Shown: positions 30,912 through 41,208 of the stretch, piece by piece | Numbering within the stretch: position 1 is the first letter of the stretch | Layout: each line of letters begins with the position of its first letter | DNA from: Tepidisphaeraceae bacterium | Lineage (GTDB): Bacteria > Planctomycetota > Phycisphaerae > Tepidisphaerales > Tepidisphaeraceae | NCBI GenBank assembly: GCA_965247815.1 | Contig: CBDFHW010000025.1 | Location: 89,058 to 153,057, forward strand | Length of the DNA: 64,000 nt | Reading direction: 5' to 3' | Made by a program: the position numbers and the translations under genes | Notes under the pieces: generated by a model | Databases searched by the model: none | What the model was told of the DNA's origin: nothing | What the model saw: only the letters and a program-made list of their open reading frames with translations

Positions 30912-33089
30912 ATGCTGCTCGGATTGCTCGCGTCGGTGTCCCCGTGGACGGTCGTGCTGGGGATGTTTTTGTTTGTGATCTTCGGAACCCTTTACACGAT
31001 CGGCGTTCGGTACATTCCCAACAACCGCGTCGGTGTGGTGGAAAAGCTCTGGTCCATACGCGGCTCCGTGCCGGCTGGGGGCATCCTCGCTTTGCACGGT
31101 GAAGCGGGATACCAGGTCCATCTGCTCCGCGGCGGCCTGCACTTCGGGTATTGGCGTTGGCAATACCGGATTCACCCGATCACCCTGGTGACCGTCCCGC
31201 AGGGGAAACTGGCCTACGTCTATGCCCGGGACGGCGAACCGCTCACGGCAAGCCAGACGCTGGGCAGGGACGTGCTATGTAACAACTTTCAGGACGCGGC
31301 CGCGTTTCTTGCAGGCACCGCGACGGGCGTCGGTCAGCGGGGCCGCCAGCGTGCGATCCTTCGCGAAGGTGTCTATGCCATCAACCTCGCGCTGTTCGTT
31401 GTCATCACTGAAGACATGGTCTATCAACTCGAGGTGCAGGGCCGGCGCGAAAGCGAAAGCCTAAGCGACTGGCAAAAGGAGTTGGCCGAGGTGGAGGGCT
31501 TTGATCCTGTCGTGGTCGGCGCGCCGATGGAAACGGTCGACCCATTGAAGCCGGAGACGACGCTGCTTGTCGACTCGATCGGCATCCTGACGATCCACGA
31601 CGGGCCGAGCCTCGCGCCGGGCGAGATTATCGCGCCCAGCGTTGGCAATGATTCCAGCGACGCGAACTTTCACAACAACTACCAGGACCCCGACGCGTTC
31701 CTCCGCGCCGGCGGCCGACGGGGCCGGCAGTACGTGCCGCTGACCGATGGCACGTATTTCATTAACCGCTGGTTCGCGTCGGTGCAGATGATGCCCAAGA
31801 CGGTCGTGCCGATCGGGTACGTCGGTGTCGTCGTCAGTTATTACGGCCCGATCGGGAACGACATTTCCGGCGACAGCTTCCGCCACGGCGAACGGGTCGC
31901 CCGCGGTGAACGCGGCGTTTGGGAGAAACCGTTCGGTCCTGGCAAATATCCGTTCAACACGTATGCCGGGCAGATCGTTTTCGTGCCCACGACCAACTTC
32001 GTGCTGCATTGGATCAGCGGCCGGACCGAGTCGCACCGGTACGACGAGAATCTGAACTCGATCGAACTGGTCACCAAGGACGCGTACGAAAGCCGGCTGC
32101 CGCTGAGCGTCGTCGTGCACATCGACTACCAGAAGGCGTCGGCCGTCATCCAACGGTTCGGTGACGTCAAACGGCTGATTACACAAACGCTGGACCCGAT
32201 GCTCAGCGCGTTCTTCCGAGACGTGGCGCACCGCAAGACCATGCTCGAGCTGCTGCACGATCGCGACCAGATTCAGCACGAGGCCAAGGTCGAACTGCAA
32301 CGGCGGTTCGCCGAGTTCGACATTCAATGCGTCGATGTGTTGATCGGCAAGCCCGACACGGCCGAGGCGGGCGGGAAGATCGAGCAGCTGCTCGAACAGT
32401 TACGAACCCGGCAGCTGAGCATCGAGCAGTTGGAAACGTATGAACGGCAGCGTGCCGCGGCCGAGCGACTGCGGACGCTCAAAGAAGCCGAGGCGATCGC
32501 CGCCAAGCAGCCGGAACTGACCGCGTCACACGTGCAGATTCAGATCGCGCAGAACCAGGCCGACGCCGAGCTGGCCAAAGCAAGGAAGCAGGCGGAACAG
32601 GCGATTGTTATGGCGGACGCGGAGCTGGAAAAGAGTCGAAGAAACGCCGAGCAGATGGTGGTGACCGCCCAAGCCGAAAGCGAGCAGCGGGTGCTGGCCG
32701 GTAAAGGCGAAAGCACGCGGACTATGCAGGTTGGCTTGTCCGAAGCGGCAGTGCTGACTCGCAAGATCACCAGCTTCGGCGACCCGCGGTTGTACGCGCT
32801 GTCGCTTGTCGCCGAACACCTAAGCCGCAGCACGCAACCGCTGGTGCCCGAACGGATGTTCGTCACCGGCGGGTCAAGTACCAGCGACAACAACCCGGCC
32901 AACAGCGGATTGTTCGGCACGCTGATTGGCTTATTGGTTGCGGAGAAGTCAGGGTTCGAACCTGCGGGGACAACCGAGTCGGCCGAGATGAAAGAGTTCG
33001 GCGACCGGATGAGCAGGCAAATTATGGATTCGATGCGGGAGACCCAACCGCCACCCGCGGTCACCAACGGTCAGTCGGTCGCGAGGTAG
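30912..33089 (+). CDS. Flotillin-like SPFH/Band-7 domain protein with long C-terminal coiled coil
   Basis: N-terminal TM, SPFH start (IPNNRVGVVEKLW) and EA-rich coiled coil (about residues 480-620). AGGAG RBS. Confidence 0.7.
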   Translation: MLLGLLASVSPWTVVLGMFLFVIFGTLYTIGVRYIPNNRVGVVEKLWSIRGSVPAGGILALHGEAGYQVHLLRGGLHFGYWRWQYRIHPITLVTVPQGKLAYVYARDGEPLTASQTLGRDVLCNNFQDAAAFLAGTATGVGQRGRQRAILREGVYAINLALFVVITEDMVYQLEVQGRRESESLSDWQKELAEVEGFDPVVVGAPMETVDPLKPETTLLVDSIGILTIHDGPSLAPGEIIAPSVGNDSSDANFHNNYQDPDAFLRAGGRRGRQYVPLTDGTYFINRWFASVQMMPKTVVPIGYVGVVVSYYGPIGNDISGDSFRHGERVARGERGVWEKPFGPGKYPFNTYAGQIVFVPTTNFVLHWISGRTESHRYDENLNSIELVTKDAYESRLPLSVVVHIDYQKASAVIQRFGDVKRLITQTLDPMLSAFFRDVAHRKTMLELLHDRDQIQHEAKVELQRRFAEFDIQCVDVLIGKPDTAEAGGKIEQLLEQLRTRQLSIEQLETYERQRAAAERLRTLKEAEAIAAKQPELTASHVQIQIAQNQADAELAKARKQAEQAIVMADAELEKSRRNAEQMVVTAQAESEQRVLAGKGESTRTMQVGLSEAAVLTRKITSFGDPRLYALSLVAEHLSRSTQPLVPERMFVTGGSSTSDNNPANSGLFGTLIGLLVAEKSGFEPAGTTESAEMKEFGDRMSRQIMDSMRETQPPPAVTNGQSVAR

Positions 33090-33175
33090 TCGCACGTCGA
33101 CACCCAGCGCCGGTCGGACGTGGCCGGTGCTGGTCTCGCCGAAGAGGTTGCGGCTTACTCCCGTGTCGGCGCAAA

Positions 33176-35854
33176 ATGTCGACCATGCCGAACAGGATTT
33201 TTTTCTCCGCCGGGTGCGTCTGCAAAGTGATCTTCCTGTCCTCGGTCGCCGTCGCCGCGGCGACCCGTCCGACGTCCCAACCGACCGACTCGGACTTGCC
33301 TCCGATGGCCGTCCGCCGGCTCGGTGACGTCCGCTACGCGTGTGAGGGAAAGACGGCCAGCTTCTCGGCCGACAATCACCGCCTCGCGGTGTCGGGAAAA
33401 ATGCTCCACGTCATGGACGTCAAGACCGGTTCGGAGCTAACCAGCTTCAGTCGGCCGGACTACGTACCGGTGGGCGCCGCCTACATCGGGGAGCACCGGC
33501 TCATGGTCGCGTGGACCGGAATGAACCTTCCGACGCTGATCGACGTGCTCGACGATCGCACCGGAGACGCGGTTCGCAGCTTGACCGCTCGAACCACCGG
33601 CCTGCTTACCGACTTCGCGGTCGCACCGGATGGTTCGGCGTTCGCCATCTCGGCGGATCAGAATTTGTTGTGTGACGGACGCACGGGCGAGGTTCGCAAA
33701 GATTTCGGCCTCGGCGAGTTACCGCACGCAATGTGGTACGACGGCCCAAGGTTTGGTTTTTCAGCCGACGGAACTGTGCTGGCCGTCGTCGGATTTGATT
33801 CTCAGGCAATGATCGTGGACGCGAAAACGGGAGCCGAGAAGCTCCAGAAGCATTTCGAAGCCACCGGCGGGGCGGTCCTCTCTGCCAGTGGATGGCTGCT
33901 CGCGACGGTGCACGCCGACCGCCAGTTACGGCTATACGACCTTAAGACCGGTGAAGAGCTGGCAGTGCCCGAAGCGGAGATCAAGCCGGGTGACCCGGGG
34001 TACCCCGCGCGTGACCATGGCGCGGTCTCGAGCTTCGCCTTCTCGGGCGCCGGTGAGGACCTTGTCGTTTCAAAGACTCCGCTCCGCTGGATCACGATTC
34101 AGGACACAAGTCAGCGGCCGCTCGCGCCGCCGAAGCGGATTCTCGACCTCAAGCCTGAAATCGTTGATCGAATGACGTGGTCGCGAGACGGGTCGCTCAT
34201 CGCCGTTGCCGAGGCAGAGGGCCACCGCGTGATCGTCGACGCACGTGCCGGGAAGGTGCAGTCGACCCGGTCTATCGCGATGGCCGCGATCAGCGCCATG
34301 TCCGTGTCGCCGTCCGGCAACGAACTGTTGGCGGGCACCGAAACTGGCGAGGTGTACCGCTGGGACCTGGAACATGGGGCTCTGTTGGCGCGCCGCGACC
34401 ACGACACGGTTACCGACCTTCAGTTCGGGGAAGTTGCTTCGCTGGCGCATTCAGAAGACGGTCGCGTGGTACACGTGTCCGGTCCGGCTGACGTTCGCGT
34501 GTGTGATTCGGTCACCCTGCAAAACGTTTACTCGCCACCGCCAAAGGCGGTGATCGGCCTCGCGCGAAGGCTCGCGTTCGTGACGCCGGACGGGCGGTTC
34601 TGTCTCAGCGCGGCCGACGTGGATCTCACGATGACCGAAATTGCCACCGGGCAATCCAGCGTTTTGATTCACATGGATCGAAATGACCCGAGTTTCAAAC
34701 AGTGGAGATTGCCGCAGCCGGCCGCGTGCTCGCCCGACGGGAAGCTCCTCGCGGTGGTGTCGAGAGAGGGATTGCGGTTTGTGGACACCGAGGCCAGGCG
34801 CCTAGGTCCGCTCGCGCGGACGCACCCGGTCGGCACGACGCCGGAGACGGAATCGACCGAGTCGGTCTTCTCGTCCGACGGCAAATGGGCGATGGTCCTA
34901 TCGTGGAATCAGGCGGGGTTGTTCGAGTCCCGGCAGTTGGTCGATCCCGCCGCCAGCGATGCCGCCGCGGCGGCGGAAAAAGCGTTGCGTCCGACGGCTC
35001 AGGTGATCATTCTGCCCAACCGGCTGACCGATCCGCTGCCGCACGTCGAACCGGCCTGGACCCTGCCTGTGCATTTGCAGAGTGCCAAGGCCGGCTTCAG
35101 CCACTGCGGGGAGCTTGTCGCCGTCGTAAGCCGGGACGTTGATGCGTCGGTGACGGTTCTGGAAACACGGTCCGGGAGTGTGCTGACAACCATTACCGAA
35201 CCGACAGGCCACGCGGACATTCCCACGTTCGTGCCCGGAAAGCCGTTGCTGGCGACGTCCCTGACGGACGGCACGATCCTGCTTTGGGATCTGCTGAGTG
35301 CGATTCGGTCGGGCAAGGGTCAGAGCGTTACGAAAGACAGAACGAACGCACAGCTTTGGTCGAACCTGTCAGCCGACGACGCATCGGTCGCTTACTGTTC
35401 CGGGCTGGAACTCTATCACCGGGGGCACCTGCTCGACCACGCCGCCGGCGTTTCCGCATTTCCGTCCGTCGCAGCGGACAGCGGTAACGTTGCACGCAAA
35501 TGGGTCTCAGATCTCTCCTCGCAAAAGCCGGCCGATCGGGAGAAAGCCCATAAGGCGCTCGAAGCGATGGGTGCCGCGGCCGGATCCGAGGTTCGCGCCG
35601 CGCTCGACAAACATCCGGGCGGCGAGATCGAGGCCCGGCTTGCAAGTATTGCCGAGGTGATCGGGGCGAAAGAGGATAAGGTAGACGCTTCAGAAAAGCC
35701 GATTAAAGTGCCAGACCGCGAAGCCGACCGAAGAGAAATGCTTACTTCGCGATTCGTGCAGCTATTGGAATGGTCGACTGACCCCCGGTCGAAGGCCGAA
35801 TACGAGCGACTCACGGCAATCGCTACACCCACGCCGCCGACCACCCGGCGATGA
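33176..35854 (+). CDS. Secreted WD40/beta-propeller repeat protein
   Basis: Signal peptide, many repeat units of roughly 40 aa containing DG/SxDG/LWD-like motifs, and a C-terminal helical region. Confidence 0.55.
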   Translation: MSTMPNRIFFSAGCVCKVIFLSSVAVAAATRPTSQPTDSDLPPMAVRRLGDVRYACEGKTASFSADNHRLAVSGKMLHVMDVKTGSELTSFSRPDYVPVGAAYIGEHRLMVAWTGMNLPTLIDVLDDRTGDAVRSLTARTTGLLTDFAVAPDGSAFAISADQNLLCDGRTGEVRKDFGLGELPHAMWYDGPRFGFSADGTVLAVVGFDSQAMIVDAKTGAEKLQKHFEATGGAVLSASGWLLATVHADRQLRLYDLKTGEELAVPEAEIKPGDPGYPARDHGAVSSFAFSGAGEDLVVSKTPLRWITIQDTSQRPLAPPKRILDLKPEIVDRMTWSRDGSLIAVAEAEGHRVIVDARAGKVQSTRSIAMAAISAMSVSPSGNELLAGTETGEVYRWDLEHGALLARRDHDTVTDLQFGEVASLAHSEDGRVVHVSGPADVRVCDSVTLQNVYSPPPKAVIGLARRLAFVTPDGRFCLSAADVDLTMTEIATGQSSVLIHMDRNDPSFKQWRLPQPAACSPDGKLLAVVSREGLRFVDTEARRLGPLARTHPVGTTPETESTESVFSSDGKWAMVLSWNQAGLFESRQLVDPAASDAAAAAEKALRPTAQVIILPNRLTDPLPHVEPAWTLPVHLQSAKAGFSHCGELVAVVSRDVDASVTVLETRSGSVLTTITEPTGHADIPTFVPGKPLLATSLTDGTILLWDLLSAIRSGKGQSVTKDRTNAQLWSNLSADDASVAYCSGLELYHRGHLLDHAAGVSAFPSVAADSGNVARKWVSDLSSQKPADREKAHKALEAMGAAAGSEVRAALDKHPGGEIEARLASIAEVIGAKEDKVDASEKPIKVPDREADRREMLTSRFVQLLEWSTDPRSKAEYERLTAIATPTPPTTRR

Positions 35855-35892
35855 GAACAGCGGCGTCGTATACTGTCGGTGACGCGCCGGAA

Positions 35893-36486
35893 TCATTTTC
35901 CGTCGTCACCGGGCAGCGCGTTTTCCGAAAGTTCGCGCCAGTTCGCCTTGCCGTTGTCGAAGGTGATTTGCCATACTCGGTCAAACACGGCCGGATCCCA
36001 CCGCCCGGGGGCGTCATGAGCGCCCAAGGCGTGAGCCAATTCCGGAAGCTTTCCGTGATGCCAGGCAATCATCACGGTTTTGCCGGAATATTTCGGGTCG
36101 GTCAGCACCTCGTGCGCGAGTTCGGCGAAATCGCCGTCCTTGTAGGTCGCGTCGATGCCGAGTTGTAGAGACTTGGCGAGCGGTTCGAGCGTTTCGACCG
36201 GCCGGTTACTGTGAGCCGACCGCTTGGTGGCGATCAGAAAATCGGGGCGCGCGAAACGCGTGGGAAATAGAGTCGGTAACGCGGCCGCCCGTTCGAACCC
36301 GCGCGGGGACAGGTCGGGGCTTTTTTCCGTGCCGGTGTTGTCAGGTTTTTCGGCGTGTCGAATCAGAAGCACGACCCGCGGGCCAGCGACAGGGCGGGTC
36401 GTAGGCACGCCCGGGGTTTCGCCGTGGCTAGACAATGTCTGAAATAAGACCAGCAACAGCGTGTAGAGCTCGACCCGCCTTCGCAT
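35893..36486 (-). CDS. Secreted histidine-phosphatase-superfamily protein (phosphoglycerate-mutase-like)
   Basis: Signal peptide. LLIRHAEK (an RHG-type motif variant) near the mature N-terminus and a second His (MIAWHHGK). Confidence 0.65.
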   Translation of the reverse strand: MRRRVELYTLLLVLFQTLSSHGETPGVPTTRPVAGPRVVLLIRHAEKPDNTGTEKSPDLSPRGFERAAALPTLFPTRFARPDFLIATKRSAHSNRPVETLEPLAKSLQLGIDATYKDGDFAELAHEVLTDPKYSGKTVMIAWHHGKLPELAHALGAHDAPGRWDPAVFDRVWQITFDNGKANWRELSENALPGDDGK

Positions 36487-36686
36487 TATCCAATCTCCGC
36501 TCGTAAAACCTTCCGAAGCGTTCACCGCCATTGATGCATGCGAGCGTACTGCGAGTCGGCGCCGCGGCGAAGTGCTTCACACAACTTTCACAATCACCCC
36601 TTTTATCGCGGGCGTCGTTCCGTATGATCCGATCTCAGCCGGTGACCAACGACCGGCCAGCAGCTTGCGGTCAATCAGGTGACAAG

Positions 36687-38180
36687 ATGATTCGAACTAA
36701 AATTGTGGCGACGATGGGTCCGGCGTGTGGTGACGTGGAAACGTTGCTGAGACTTTTCGAAGCCGGGGTCGACGTCTGCCGGCTGAATTTCTCACACGGC
36801 ACGCTCGACGGACACCTGCTGACCCTGCGAAACATTCACGAAGCGGCGAGCCGATACCACGAACCCATTGCCGTGCTCGGCGATCTGTGCGGGCCGAAGA
36901 TTCGGCTCGGTTCGATCAAAGACGTCGACGGGCTCGGCGGGATGCCGATCAGCGTCGGCGACACGCTGGTTATTCAGCGTGACCCGACCGTCGGTGAAAA
37001 AGGCCGGGTGTCGTCGATCTATAAAGAATTTGTCGACGAGGTTTGTGTCGGGCAGCGGGTGTTGGTCGAAGACGGGCTGTTGCGATTCGTCTGCACGGAG
37101 AAAAAGCCGAACGAAATTATCTGTAACTGCACCGCCGGCGGGGTGCTGAAAAGCTCCAAGGGGATCAACCTCCCGGACACGGCGATCAATACGCCGTCGA
37201 TGACCGACCGCGACTGGGAATGCGTCGACTGGGCGGTCGACCAGCGGCTCGATTACCTGGCATTGTCGTTTGTCCGCAAGGCGGAAGACCTCACCGAATT
37301 GCGGTCGTATCTGCAGGACAAGGTCAGCGATATTCACTTGATTGCGAAGATCGAAAAGGCCGAGGCGATCGACCAGATCGACGGGATCATCGACGCGAGC
37401 GACGGCCTGATGGTCGCCCGCGGCGACCTTGGTGTGGAACTTGACGTCGCGATGGTGCCGATCATCCAGAAGGATTTGATCCGCCGGTGTCAGGCGGCGG
37501 GCAAGCCGGTCATCGTGGCGACGCAGATGCTGCAGAGCATGATCGAGCAGAGCTCGCCGACCCGCGCCGAGGTCAGCGACGTTGCTAACGCGATCTTCGA
37601 CGGGACTGATGCCGTCATGCTCAGCGGTGAAACCAGCGTCGGGAAGTTCCCGGTGATCACGGTGCACACGATGTCGCACATCGCCGACGTGACCGAAGAA
37701 TATCTGACCCGGGCCGACACGGCCTCGACGCCGCCGCCGATGGTGAAAACGTCGCTGCACGCCGGGGCGCTCGCCCGGGGCGCGCTGCGGATCGTGCAGG
37801 ACCTCAAAGCCAAGCTGGTTATCATCTGGACCCAGACCGGCACCACCGCGCGGGTGTTCAGCAAGCATCACTTCCCGGTGCCGATCATCGCGTTGTCACC
37901 GGACCACCGGACGTTGCGGCGGATGGCGTTGCACTACGGCGTGATCCCGCAGGAAATGGCCGGTGCACCTGACATGACATTGTTGATCGCGAAGGTCGAC
38001 GAGTTCGTGGCCCAGCAGAAATACGCCGAACGGGGCGACCGCATTCTCATCGTCGCCGGATGGTCACCGGGCACCCCGGGCACGATGAACGGCCTGGTCA
38101 TCCACACCGTCGGCGACACCTGGACCCCGGTCCCCACCGCACAAATGATGCGGCAGATGGTGAAGTCTGAACGAGATTGA
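36687..38180 (+). CDS. pyk: Pyruvate kinase
   Basis: MIRTKIVATMGPA... start and the pyruvate kinase signature region (MVARGDLGVE). 497 aa from the ATG at 36687. Confidence 0.9.
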   Translation: MIRTKIVATMGPACGDVETLLRLFEAGVDVCRLNFSHGTLDGHLLTLRNIHEAASRYHEPIAVLGDLCGPKIRLGSIKDVDGLGGMPISVGDTLVIQRDPTVGEKGRVSSIYKEFVDEVCVGQRVLVEDGLLRFVCTEKKPNEIICNCTAGGVLKSSKGINLPDTAINTPSMTDRDWECVDWAVDQRLDYLALSFVRKAEDLTELRSYLQDKVSDIHLIAKIEKAEAIDQIDGIIDASDGLMVARGDLGVELDVAMVPIIQKDLIRRCQAAGKPVIVATQMLQSMIEQSSPTRAEVSDVANAIFDGTDAVMLSGETSVGKFPVITVHTMSHIADVTEEYLTRADTASTPPPMVKTSLHAGALARGALRIVQDLKAKLVIIWTQTGTTARVFSKHHFPVPIIALSPDHRTLRRMALHYGVIPQEMAGAPDMTLLIAKVDEFVAQQKYAERGDRILIVAGWSPGTPGTMNGLVIHTVGDTWTPVPTAQMMRQMVKSERD

Positions 38181-38197
38181 GGGGGGGGGAAGTGGGG

Positions 38198-38322
38198 AAA
38201 GGATGAATGATGAACGATGAATGATGAACGAAGAAAGACAGGCGGACAATTCATCGTTGGGGTAGACAAGGCTAAGAATTCTTTGTCTTCATTCATCATT
38301 CATCATTCATCATTCATCGTTC
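38198..38322. repeat. Inverted arrays of heptanucleotide tandem repeats (GATGAAY)x4 ... (ATTCATC)x3 with a 17-bp perfect inverted core
   Basis: Left array 38202-38229 and right array 38290-38315. The perfect 17-mer gaacgatgaatgatgaa (38212-38228) matches its reverse complement at 38299-38315. The whole structure lies directly after the pyk stop. Confidence 0.85.
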
Positions 38323-38912
38323 TCTTCCTCCTCGCCGGGTGCATTACTGGCAAAGCCAATCCCGCGGCGACGCAGCCAGTGACGTATGTTCCGCAGAAGC
38401 AGGCGACGCCGGAGTATTGGTGGAACCAGCCGGGGGTGGTGCGCGTTCCGAATGCCGACTTTCAGAAGCTGTGGGACGCGTGCGAAGGGGAGTTATACGT
38501 CCGGCTGTTTCCGGTGGACCGCCGGCAATACCGAACCGGGTTGTTGACCAGCGAGCCGGTGGTGTCCAAACAATTTTTTGAACCCTGGCGGACCGATGCC
38601 GTTTCGTTTCACGACGTCGGTGAGTCGTCGCTGGCAACCATTCGGCGCACCATTCATTTCGAAGTGACCCGCCAGCCCGACGGCAGCTACGATGCCGTCC
38701 CAAAAGTGCTGGTCGAACGCCACGCCGCTACGGAGCGCCGGCTGACATCGATCGTGCAGTTTCGCCAGGCGTTCAACGGCACGCGTACTGATGCGACGCC
38801 GGATCAGTCCAACACACCGGCACCCGAAGACGAATACTGGTACGCGCTGCGGCGAGACACGGACCTGGAAAAAGATATGGCCGTTTCGATCCGGCATCGT
38901 CTCGCCGACTAA
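38217..38912 (+). CDS. Lipoprotein, hypothetical
   Basis: Lipobox LLAGC. The start is uncertain because the N-terminal codons lie inside the heptamer repeat. No domain recognised. Confidence 0.45.
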   Translation: MNDERRKTGGQFIVGVDKAKNSLSSFIIHHSSFIVLFLLAGCITGKANPAATQPVTYVPQKQATPEYWWNQPGVVRVPNADFQKLWDACEGELYVRLFPVDRRQYRTGLLTSEPVVSKQFFEPWRTDAVSFHDVGESSLATIRRTIHFEVTRQPDGSYDAVPKVLVERHAATERRLTSIVQFRQAFNGTRTDATPDQSNTPAPEDEYWYALRRDTDLEKDMAVSIRHRLAD

Positions 38913-38941
38913 GGCCAAGTTGGCGCCGAATGGGTGAATTT

Positions 38942-39424
38942 TTACTGTTTCCGTGACAAGGCATCGTATTTGGTCGCCAGATCGTTGAAACTTTTTATAG
39001 CCTGATCTCGCTCGGCTTCGACTCGTGAGATCACATCGTGTTGCTTGTTCAGCGCAACGGACTGTGCCTCGACTATCTTGTCCCGGGCCGATATCCCCTC
39101 GACGAACTTGCTCGTTAGCTCGTTCAACTTCTGATTGCGTGAACTCAACCTTTGGTTCTCAGTACGGACCGAGGTCAGCAGATTCTGCACCTTTTTAAGC
39201 TGATCTTCAGCCATCGCGAGACGGGTCCCGCGGTCGGCGCTTTCGGCTTCACTATCTTTAATTGTCGCCTCCTGAGTCGCGATCAACCTGGACTGCGAGG
39301 CATCCTTTTCGCGCGCCGCGACGATCGCACGGTCTAGATCACCATTGGTTTTCGATTGGACGAGGCACACCGCTGACAACGCCAGCAGGCCCGTTAGATT
39401 TAGATATTGGACGAGCTTGTTCAT
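38942..39424 (-). CDS. Periplasmic coiled-coil protein, hypothetical
   Basis: Signal peptide followed by Q/E/K-rich heptad repeats. Last gene of the exb/tonB strand block. Confidence 0.45.
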   Translation of the reverse strand: MNKLVQYLNLTGLLALSAVCLVQSKTNGDLDRAIVAAREKDASQSRLIATQEATIKDSEAESADRGTRLAMAEDQLKKVQNLLTSVRTENQRLSSRNQKLNELTSKFVEGISARDKIVEAQSVALNKQHDVISRVEAERDQAIKSFNDLATKYDALSRKQ

Positions 39425-39858
39425 CGACCGACCCGCTCGGCGGGGGGCCGGACGTCGAACCCGACTTTGTCGATTCCCGCTCCTCGGATCAGATCGAGAA
39501 CGCGTATAACGTCGCCGTTGCGTGCGTCGCGGTCGCCGTCGATGACCACACGCACGGCGGGGTTGCGTTCCCGGCTGGCTGCCAATTGTTGTCGAAGTTC
39601 GAGGTCGGTCACGCGCTTTCTGTTGAAGTACGTTAGCCCCGATTTGTCGACGGCAACGGTGACGACGTTTTTCATATCATCGCTTCGGGCCGTCCCCGCG
39701 ACGGGAAGATTTACCTTTAACGTCAGCGCGTGAACCATGCTCAGGCTCACGAGCATGAAAGACGCCAGCAAGAAAAACATGATGTCGATCAGCGGGACAA
39801 TTTCGATCCGCGCTTCGGCCGACTCGGTCAGCGACCGGGTGCTCAGCTTAATGGGCAT
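39421..39858 (-). CDS. exbD: Biopolymer transport protein ExbD/TolR
   Basis: ExbD signature ([19 protein letters not shown]) and periplasmic domain. ATG at 39858. Confidence 0.8.
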   Translation of the reverse strand: MPIKLSTRSLTESAEARIEIVPLIDIMFFLLASFMLVSLSMVHALTLKVNLPVAGTARSDDMKNVVTVAVDKSGLTYFNRKRVTDLELRQQLAASRERNPAVRVVIDGDRDARNGDVIRVLDLIRGAGIDKVGFDVRPPAERVGR

Positions 39859-40561
39859 GTGCTGCCTCCCCGGTCGGCCGAGTCGCCCGCAGTCGGGCAA
39901 ACTGTTCGAGGTCGTGCCCGTGATGTTTCGCAGACTCTGCCAGCAGTTCAAAGTGGTTGATCGTGGTTTCGAGGCGCGACCGAAAGACGGACACCCGGCG
40001 GTTAAAATAGTTGTAGGGAATCAAACAAAAGATCGCGATGCCCAATCCGCACGCGGTCGCAATGAGCGCCTCTGCGATCCCGCCGCTGACTTTAGCCGCC
40101 GCGAGTTGCTCGTCACCGACGAAGCTAAATGATCGCATGATACCGGTGACGGTGCCGAGCAATCCCAGCAGTGGCGCTAGCGTGATGAGCGTGCCGAGCA
40201 CCCATTGAAGGCGTTCACCGCCTTCCAATTCCTTCGTGGCTTTCAACTGCATCGCGCCCAGAAACGAACTGTGTTCGTGCAGCAGGCCGGTTTTAACCGT
40301 GGCGACGAACGGGTCGTCGGACCGGTTCGAGAGTTCTAATGCCGCTGCGAAATCTCCCGTTGCGGCGGCTTCCAGGACCCGGTCGAGCAGACCCGGGTCC
40401 GAACGAATCCGCAGCGCCAACCACCAGAGGGATCGTTCGACGATTGCCGTTACGGCGAACAGCAAGGCGACTGCGATCGGCCACATTACCGGCCCGCCTT
40501 TTTGGAAGGTGTCCAGAATTATATTCGCGAGCGGGAGTGTCATCGGCTGGTCCAAGGTCAT
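39848..40561 (-). CDS. exbB: MotA/TolQ/ExbB proton-channel protein
   Basis: Three TM helices with conserved [17 protein letters not shown] at 40561. Confidence 0.8.
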   Translation of the reverse strand: MTLDQPMTLPLANIILDTFQKGGPVMWPIAVALLFAVTAIVERSLWWLALRIRSDPGLLDRVLEAAATGDFAAALELSNRSDDPFVATVKTGLLHEHSSFLGAMQLKATKELEGGERLQWVLGTLITLAPLLGLLGTVTGIMRSFSFVGDEQLAAAKVSGGIAEALIATACGLGIAIFCLIPYNYFNRRVSVFRSRLETTINHFELLAESAKHHGHDLEQFARLRATRPTGEAAHAH

Positions 40562-41208
40562 CGGTGTCTTTGTTGATAGGTAATTGAGATTTCGTAATGG
40601 CGTTCCGGGCCGGGGGGGTACGTCCAGTTCTCCTTGATGCTTCGCTCCGCCGCCTGATCGAGCAGCGGCCACTGACATTTCCTGGAGACTTCGGCCGAAG
40701 TGACGGCGCCGTCTTCGCGAACGACGAACCGGACGACGACGGTTCCCTCCTGCCCCGCGAGTTGCGACTCGATCGGGTAGTCCGGCCGAGGCTGCTTACC
40801 GGCACCTGATCCGTAGGCGATCTTCCGGTAAGACGTCGTCGGGCCGGACGTCGCAGGCCGAGGCGGAGCGCGAGACGCGAAGTCGATCTGTTTCAGTGAG
40901 GCAGACAGACGCACTGGCACGACCGCCGGGAAGAAATCCGACACGAGCGGCAATGGTGGCACTGTCGGAAGCGGCACGTCATAGCCGGATGCCCGCGTTT
41001 CTGCGACCGACGCGGGCGAGACCCGCGCGTTGATCAATGAGACGTCAACGAATCGCACGTCTGTCCGAGCTTCGAACGGAACAGGTCGCGATGTCGGAGC
41101 AACAGACCGCCAGTAACCGGCGAGTCCGACGGTCAGGCAAGCGAGCCAGAGCACGAATGTCAGGACCGGTAGCAAGTCGATTCGGTGGGGTTCCGCATCA
41201 GAACGCAT
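40558..41208 (-). CDS. TonB-family energy transducer (C-terminal TonB domain)
   Basis: N-terminal TM anchor, Pro-rich spacer and a C-terminal block ([23 protein letters not shown]) typical of TonB_C. The start may alternatively be the GTG at 41262. Confidence 0.6.
   Translation of the reverse strand: MRSDAEPHRIDLLPVLTFVLWLACLTVGLAGYWRSVAPTSRPVPFEARTDVRFVDVSLINARVSPASVAETRASGYDVPLPTVPPLPLVSDFFPAVVPVRLSASLKQIDFASRAPPRPATSGPTTSYRKIAYGSGAGKQPRPDYPIESQLAGQEGTVVVRFVVREDGAVTSAEVSRKCQWPLLDQAAERSIKENWTYPPGPERHYEISITYQQRHR

Noticed and set aside
36792-37871. Long antisense ORFs inside real genes (this one inside pyk; also 7513..8424, 13455..14498, 16355..17593, 31461..32327, 51089..52066, 57035..57748, 58644..59354 and others)
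   Set aside because: They are typical high-GC antisense open frames. The opposite-strand genes have clear family signatures. The antisense products are Arg/Pro/Gly-rich with no domains.
38198-38322. Short tandem repeats considered as a CRISPR array
   Set aside because: Units are only 7 nt with no spacers. This is not CRISPR. The same applies to 58541-58568 and 6954-7079.
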